Positions 58,396 to 64,000 of a stretch of DNA of 64,000 nt are shown one piece after another; within the stretch, counting starts at the first letter, position 1; every line of letters begins with the position of its first letter. Origin of the DNA: Thermoanaerobaculia bacterium (GTDB taxonomy: Bacteria; Acidobacteriota; Thermoanaerobaculia; Gp7-AA8). The translations under genes were made by a program, and so were the position numbers. The notes beneath the pieces were generated by a model. It saw only the letters and a program-made list of their open reading frames with translations. It did not search any database and was not told the DNA's origin. The stretch lies in contig DASPHC010000146.1 of assembly GCA_035629865.1 (NCBI GenBank), positions 53,420-117,419 on the forward strand, written 5' to 3'.

Positions 58396-60624
58396 TCAGC
58401 GCCCCGCCGCCCGCACGCGTCCTGCCAGCCTCGCCACATAGGCGCGGTTCACGACTCCGGTGTGCGACTGCGGCAACGGATACCAGCGTGCGGTATATGC
58501 GAGCCAGACGTGCGTCCCGTCGGACGATACGTCGCTCAGGGTCGGGGCGTCGGCGCCGCTCAGCACCGTCACCGGCGGCGCTTTCGGCTGGCCGCCGCGA
58601 TCGAGGAAGATCGCGCGGATCTCGACATCCGGAAGCGGGGCGGGCGTCGTCGCCACCGAATAAAGCACGACCGGTCCGCCCGCACTCCTCGCCATCCGCG
58701 CACGCAAAACGTCTTGCGGGAGCTCGGCCGGTTCACCGAGCGTCTCTCCTGCGAGATTGAAGCGGTAGACGAAGAAGCGAGGGCTGAAGCGATCGCCGCC
58801 CTGCACGACGGCAAACAGCGAGCCGTCCTCCAGGATCGCGTCCTGGATCTGCTGATCGCGGAGGAGCGGATACGTGGCGGCCTGGTTGCCGTCCGCCGTG
58901 AGGGACATCAGGCGCTGCTCGTGCGCGACGTCGGTGCAGAAAGGCCTGGGACACGACCGGCCGAGATCCTGCTGCCAAACGAGCTGATAACCGGCGGCGG
59001 AGGGAAGCAGCGCGATCGGAGTCTGTAAGAATCCGATATCGACGGCCGGGCTCCGCTCCTGGATTTCGACAGCTCCCGTGGCCGGAATCGCGGCCGTGGC
59101 GATCGTCAGGCCGTAGACCTGGCTGCCCGGCTCCTGCCACGCCACCAGGAACGAATCGCCGCGCGCGGCGGCGAGCGGCATGAAGCCGCCGGGCGCGATG
59201 TCGAAGCCGCCGGCGTCGAGCAGCTCTCCATCCGCCGTCACGCGCGCGCCGTGCACGCCGGAGTCTTCCCACACCACCAGATACGTGTCTCCCGCGGAGG
59301 CAATGCGGATCGTCCTCACATGCGTCGAAATGCCGGCGATGCGGATTCCGCTGCCGTCGAGCGGCTGTCCGCCGCGCGAAAGCCGCCCGGCGTAGATCGC
59401 GCCATCTTCCTGCCATGCAGTGAGCGTGTTCGCCGTCCCGGAGGCGATCGCGGGCAGGAACTGGTGCGCGTAGATGTCGGAGGTGAAGCGCTCCTCCTTC
59501 ACGATCCGCGGCGTCGACCACGGGCGGATCACGAACCGTTCGCCGTCCACGAAGAGGAGAAAGATCTTGCCGTTCGACGCCAGCGAGGGACGTCCGCCAT
59601 ACGTCTGCGGCCCGACGGGGAAGATCTCTCCCACGATGCCGGTGCCGCTGAGCAACGCCGCGGACGGTTGCACGTAGGAGAATTCGAGGCGGCGGTTCCA
59701 GACCACGAGGTGCGCGATGCCGTCCCACGCGATCGCGGCGTTCGCCGGTTCGGCCTCGGCCGTGATGCGGAACGGCTCGGTGTCCCTGCCCGCCGCGATT
59801 CGCGCTCCATACACACCGTCCGGGGTGGTCCAGACGGCGACGAACGCATTGCCGTTCCACGACACCGCCGGCTCCATCCGGCCCTCGTAGGTTTCGAGAT
59901 CCCAGAACCACTCCGGGACCGGGATCGAGGCGAGGAGCTGGGTCGTGCCGATCGCCTCGCCGCCAGCGCTGAAGCGCTGCGCGGACACCAGATTGTCATG
60001 GCCGCGGATGCTCTCCCACACCAGCAGGAACTCCCGCCCGTCCGTGGCGACCCGCGACGTGCGGACGTTGCCCGACGAGGGGATCGGCGTGCGTGTCGTG
60101 ACCTGCAGCTCGCGATTCAGCAGGACGAACGAGACCGTTCCGTCGCTGGTGTCGCTCATGACGGTTGCGTAACGCTCGCCGTTCCACGCCAGCGTGCGCT
60201 GGAAGAACGCGAGATGCACGGGGAGAAGCTGGCCAGCCGGCTCCACGGCCCCGTCTTCGCCGACGGCGACCGGGAACGTCCCCATGTGCTCCGAGACCGC
60301 GAGCGTGAGGTAGCGCTGCCCGTCCCAGACGGCGCGGGGCTGATAGTCGGGACGCCAGGTGGCGCGCACGGTGAAGCCGCTCCGGTCCAGCAACTCCCCC
60401 TCGGCGCCGAACCGCGCGCCGAAGACGTCGGTGTTGCCGTAGCGGTCGTCTTCCCAGAGGGCGAGGAACCCGTCGCCGTTGGTGACGACGTAAGGCTCGT
60501 ATGCGACGCGCACCGGCCGGGTCACCGGCTCGGCGACCGGCTGCCGCGCATGGGAAGGGACCGGCGCCTGCGCCGAGGCGGTGGAAACGAGGAACAGGAG
60601 GATGGTGAGGAATCGGGCAAGCAC
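58396..60624 (-). CDS. Secreted repeat protein, paralog B
   Basis: Collinear with paralog A along the whole length. Signal peptide MLARFLTILLFLVSTASAQA. Confidence 0.6.
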   Translation of the reverse strand: MLARFLTILLFLVSTASAQAPVPSHARQPVAEPVTRPVRVAYEPYVVTNGDGFLALWEDDRYGNTDVFGARFGAEGELLDRSGFTVRATWRPDYQPRAVWDGQRYLTLAVSEHMGTFPVAVGEDGAVEPAGQLLPVHLAFFQRTLAWNGERYATVMSDTSDGTVSFVLLNRELQVTTRTPIPSSGNVRTSRVATDGREFLLVWESIRGHDNLVSAQRFSAGGEAIGTTQLLASIPVPEWFWDLETYEGRMEPAVSWNGNAFVAVWTTPDGVYGARIAAGRDTEPFRITAEAEPANAAIAWDGIAHLVVWNRRLEFSYVQPSAALLSGTGIVGEIFPVGPQTYGGRPSLASNGKIFLLFVDGERFVIRPWSTPRIVKEERFTSDIYAHQFLPAIASGTANTLTAWQEDGAIYAGRLSRGGQPLDGSGIRIAGISTHVRTIRIASAGDTYLVVWEDSGVHGARVTADGELLDAGGFDIAPGGFMPLAAARGDSFLVAWQEPGSQVYGLTIATAAIPATGAVEIQERSPAVDIGFLQTPIALLPSAAGYQLVWQQDLGRSCPRPFCTDVAHEQRLMSLTADGNQAATYPLLRDQQIQDAILEDGSLFAVVQGGDRFSPRFFVYRFNLAGETLGEPAELPQDVLRARMARSAGGPVVLYSVATTPAPLPDVEIRAIFLDRGGQPKAPPVTVLSGADAPTLSDVSSDGTHVWLAYTARWYPLPQSHTGVVNRAYVARLAGRVRAAGR

Positions 60625-60654
60625 GTGGTGATTACGTGTTTCGCGCGGTAAGTG

Positions 60655-63600
60655 TCATTTCACGAGCGCTCTCAGCTCCTGAACGTGCGCCAGGAGCACC
60701 TTGCTGCCGGTCGTCGTGCCGCTGCTGAAGGCCGGGGCGGGAAGGCCGAGGCTCGTCAGGGCGGAGGAGAGGGCATTGCGCAATTCGGTCAGGTGCACGG
60801 TCCGCACTTTCGTCGAGCCGGCCGTGACGACGCTGTCGGTAAACGCCGCCGCGGTCAGGCCCGCCAGTACGCGCACGGCGTTGACCGCCGTCCGCAACTC
60901 GATTAGGTGGGTGCGCTTGACGCGGGTCGACTGCAACCCCAGCGGCTCGTCGGTGAAGACGACCGTCGTGGCGAGGCTGCCGTTGCTGAAGCCGGACGTC
61001 CCGCCGTCGGCGACGGCTTTGACGCGGTAGAGGTGCGCGGTCGAGGCGGCAGCGGTGGTGTCGGTGAATGCGGCGACGACCGAGGTCCCGATCGGAGACT
61101 CACTCCCGCTGCCGGAGCGGCGGAAGATCTGGTAGCTCGCCGCGAACGGCGACGCGGTCCAGGTCAGCGCGACCTGCGTCGCCCCCGTGGCGGTGGCCAC
61201 GAGATTCGTCGCCGCGGCCGGCGGGCCGTCCGGAACCTCCTCAGTGAGCTTGAAGCCGGTGAGGCTGGCGAGGTGTCCGTCGAACTTGCCGCTGAACGTG
61301 TAGATGCGGAACTCGACCGCAGCGTTGACGGCGGAGAAGGGGGCGGTGTTCGGGAGGGTGACGAGGTGTTCGTGCTCGTCGTGGTCGAAGGACTGGACGG
61401 CCTCGCTCGTGTAGAGCGCGTTCGCTTCGGCGAAGCCGCCGATGCTGGAGAAGAGCGCGTAGCGCCGCGGCGAGTGGTCGCCGGTCCGGCGGATGGCAAA
61501 CGCGAAGGTCGCGCCGCGCAGGTCGAGCGGACCGGAGGCCGGGGTGATGGTGGCGGTCAGGTACTCCTGCTCCGCGAGCGCCTGCGCCAGCGTCGATCCC
61601 GGCTCGGCCGCCGGGCCGCTGATGCTGAAGAAGAACGCGTCGTCGCCCGCCCGCGGGATCAACCCGGCGCCGATGTTCCAGCCGCTCCACGTCACCTTCG
61701 GCGAGAGGACGAACGTCAGTGTCCATGGCCGGTGCAGCGCAGGGTCGTCACCGCGGAAATCGCTCTGCACGAGCGTCCCCGGACCGCCGAACGTCTGCAG
61801 GGTGAAGATGCGCCAGGCGGGGTCGCCGTCGGCGTCTTGCACCCGCGCCAGGATGTAGTTCTTCCGGCTGGTGGTCGGCGTGCCGCTGATCCGGAGGTTG
61901 CCCGCCGCCGGAGCGGCGGCGATGGAGAGTCCCGGCTCGAGGAACGCGCCGATGACGGTGATGGTCCGCGCGCCGTTGCCGCCGCTCGTGACGATGTCCT
62001 GCGAGTAGGCCTGGCCGACGATCCCCGGCGTCATGCCGGCGTTCGTGGTGAAGGAGGGCACGAGGCCGGCCGGCGTGTCGATGTGCTTGAGCGTCGAAAA
62101 GGTCGAGAAGTGCTCGAGCATCAGCGCGTACTTTGGTGCGCCGGCGGGAGGCTGCTCGAGGTTCTCCAGATGGCCCCACTGCCCGAAGCGCCCCCACTGG
62201 CTGGAGTCGACGTACGGCGTGTGCGTCCAAAGGCCTTTGCTCTTCGCGAGGTCGAGGTGGATGCGGTAGACATCGGCGATGCGCGGGTCGCGGTTCATCG
62301 CCTCGACGAACGTCGTGACGTGGTCGTCGGTGGGGACGCCGCCCGACTGCGCGCCGAGGTCGATCGTGTTCGTGAAGAGCGACGGGCCGCCTTCGTAAGC
62401 GACGATCGGCAGCGAATAGCCGAGGGTCTCGTTCGGAAGCGTGCGGAGAGACTCCGAGAACCCGCCGCCGATGCCGGTCGCATCCGGCCCCGCGCCGGTC
62501 GACGCGTCGCCGGCGAGCATGCGCCGCTTCCATTCGTCAAAGGCAATCGTGAGGTGAGAGGCGAAGGCGGGGCTGGTCCAGTACGGATCGTTGAACAGCT
62601 TTCCGGCCGTGAAGCCCTCGTCGTTCACGAAGTCCTGGATGCCGTTGCCGAAGTAGGTCGTGACCGCGAGCACGTCCGGCCGGACCTGCGGCGAGAGGGT
62701 GATCCCGTAGGTCCCGATCTCTTCGAGGAAGGCCTCGGAGTAGGTGTTGTTGGCGGTGAAGATCGCCGCTACGCGTACCAGGCGCGACGTGCCGCCGAAG
62801 ACGTCCTGGAAGATCCTCCAGGTGTCGCAGAACCTGCGTCCGGTGAAGCGCGCCCGGCCGGCGAGATCGTTCGCGTTCGTCGCCAGCCCGGCGATTACCG
62901 CCTGCTCCTGCGCCCAGTTCCCCTGCGCGAAGGCGAAGCCGCTCGACCAGATCTCGTTCGAGAACTCGACATAGACCTTCAGCCCCGCATCGAGCGGCGG
63001 GAACTCGGCGCTCGGCGTAGTGGTCGTGTACGGCTCGCTGCCGTTGCTGCCGAAGCGGATCAGCCGGGCGAGCTTCGTGATGTACTCGGGCGTCGCCAGG
63101 TGAGGGATGGTGATCCACATGTTCCGGCCGGTGGCGTTGCAAAGCGCAACCATGTGCTCGAACGCCACGCCGGTCTCGCGGTTCGGGTCCGAGCCGCTGG
63201 ACGGTGCGCGCGCGGTGATGATGCCGTTCTGGAAGATGTGTCCCGGCCTGCGGCGGTCGCTCCACTCCTGCTGCGGGCTGGCGTTCGTGTTCCCCCAGTC
63301 CATGAAGCGGATGAAGCCCCAGTCGGCGTCGGCGATGCGGTCGAGCAGCAGCGGGTGGAAGAGCTCTCCTTCGAGCGTGCCGGTCTGGTTCTCGTTCACC
63401 GCCGGCGTGGCGGGATCGTCCGGCGGCGCGAGCCACACCTTCAGGTCGGTGATCGGCGTCTGGATGGCGTGGATCTCGATGGTCTGCAGCGCGGCAGAGC
63501 AGAGATAGACGCGCCGGCCGTTGCTGATCGAGCCGGTCGCCGCCCCGTTCGACTCGCCTGCCTGGAACGTGCAGTTGACCAGCCGCACGTCGGCGTTGCC

Positions 63601-63960
63601 GGCCCAGGTCATGACGATGTGCCCCTTCGCCAGCGTGTCGCGCGCCGGCCAGGCGGCGGGGCGGAGGGTACTGTTGATGTTCAGCCCGAACAGGAACCCC
63701 CGCAGTTTCTGGCCGGGGTCGAGGAACTGCGGATAGCCGTTGACGAACTGCGCCGGCTTCGAGTTGAAGGCCACCGCCGTCCCGAACTCCGCCCCCGTGA
63801 ACTCGAACCACTCGCCGCCGTGCGCGAGCGCGTTCGCAAAGTACGGAGTGTTGTAGTAGGCGACGTGGCTCGGGTGATACCCCACCGGCCGGAAGATCGC
63901 GGGATCGACCTGGGCCTGAGCCGTCAGGCACAAGGCCAGGGCAAGGAGTGCTCTCTTCAT
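60655..63960 (-). CDS. Large secreted protein (glycoside-hydrolase-like N-region?) with an FN3 domain and a C-terminal HLIELRTA repeat module
   Basis: Signal peptide MKRALLALALCLTAQAQ. I trimmed the start to ATG 63960, since the track's start lies inside the GTCCCAT repeat. The FN3 domain and tail are paralogous to the 45629 gene. Confidence 0.7.
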   Translation of the reverse strand: MKRALLALALCLTAQAQVDPAIFRPVGYHPSHVAYYNTPYFANALAHGGEWFEFTGAEFGTAVAFNSKPAQFVNGYPQFLDPGQKLRGFLFGLNINSTLRPAAWPARDTLAKGHIVMTWAGNADVRLVNCTFQAGESNGAATGSISNGRRVYLCSAALQTIEIHAIQTPITDLKVWLAPPDDPATPAVNENQTGTLEGELFHPLLLDRIADADWGFIRFMDWGNTNASPQQEWSDRRRPGHIFQNGIITARAPSSGSDPNRETGVAFEHMVALCNATGRNMWITIPHLATPEYITKLARLIRFGSNGSEPYTTTTPSAEFPPLDAGLKVYVEFSNEIWSSGFAFAQGNWAQEQAVIAGLATNANDLAGRARFTGRRFCDTWRIFQDVFGGTSRLVRVAAIFTANNTYSEAFLEEIGTYGITLSPQVRPDVLAVTTYFGNGIQDFVNDEGFTAGKLFNDPYWTSPAFASHLTIAFDEWKRRMLAGDASTGAGPDATGIGGGFSESLRTLPNETLGYSLPIVAYEGGPSLFTNTIDLGAQSGGVPTDDHVTTFVEAMNRDPRIADVYRIHLDLAKSKGLWTHTPYVDSSQWGRFGQWGHLENLEQPPAGAPKYALMLEHFSTFSTLKHIDTPAGLVPSFTTNAGMTPGIVGQAYSQDIVTSGGNGARTITVIGAFLEPGLSIAAAPAAGNLRISGTPTTSRKNYILARVQDADGDPAWRIFTLQTFGGPGTLVQSDFRGDDPALHRPWTLTFVLSPKVTWSGWNIGAGLIPRAGDDAFFFSISGPAAEPGSTLAQALAEQEYLTATITPASGPLDLRGATFAFAIRRTGDHSPRRYALFSSIGGFAEANALYTSEAVQSFDHDEHEHLVTLPNTAPFSAVNAAVEFRIYTFSGKFDGHLASLTGFKLTEEVPDGPPAAATNLVATATGATQVALTWTASPFAASYQIFRRSGSGSESPIGTSVVAAFTDTTAAASTAHLYRVKAVADGGTSGFSNGSLATTVVFTDEPLGLQSTRVKRTHLIELRTAVNAVRVLAGLTAAAFTDSVVTAGSTKVRTVHLTELRNALSSALTSLGLPAPAFSSGTTTGSKVLLAHVQELRALVK

Positions 63961-64000
63961 AGGACTAATGGGACCCATAGGACCTATAGGACCTATAGGA
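63961..64000. repeat. GGGAC/GTCCC 9-mer repeat, truncated by the window edge
   Basis: aggactaatgggacccataggacctataggacctatagga. Confidence 0.5.

Overview
This is a 64-kb, roughly 68% GC window of bacterial chromosome. Most of it is single-copy genes, many encoding secreted, cell-envelope or cell-wall proteins.

Recognisable genes include:
- a cspA-like cold-shock gene;
- a DacB/PBP4-like carboxypeptidase gene;
- a class-C beta-lactamase-like hydrolase gene;
- a blaI-blaR1-like operon;
- a translationally coupled alpha-2-macroglobulin-PBP1C operon;
- an M13 peptidase gene and a PLP-decarboxylase gene;
- a MocR regulator gene divergent from a NIPSNAP gene;
- genes for BNR/sialidase-like proteins;
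- genes for tRNA-Lys(UUU) and tRNA-Glu(UUC).

Three things stand out.

First, the left end has a TIR-NB-ARC-TPR STAND NTPase gene. Directly downstream on the same strand is a large CARDB-repeat protein gene that ends, at the window edge, in a caspase (peptidase C14) domain. The ORF track missed this gene because it runs off the edge. Upstream of the TIR gene is a roughly 470-bp array of degenerate 21-22-bp tandem repeats. This is a candidate conflict or programmed-cell-death locus.

Second, at least six families of GC-rich palindromic intergenic elements are scattered through the window. One roughly 140-bp long-stem hairpin element occurs six times, with a seventh short hairpin carrying the same terminal motif.

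Third, there are several small systems and oddities:
- a hicAB toxin-antitoxin pair whose toxin gene was not called;
- a CI/Cro-like repressor pair with a strong promoter-operator;
- a one-gene nucleotidyltransferase islet bounded by tRNA-Glu and a partial duplicate of its anticodon arm;
- a likely frameshift in a beta-helix/cadherin-like adhesin gene;
- a tandem pair of paralogous secreted repeat-protein genes;
- an 800-bp ORF-free region with nested long-range complementarity.

Many long antisense ORFs in the track are artefacts of high GC.
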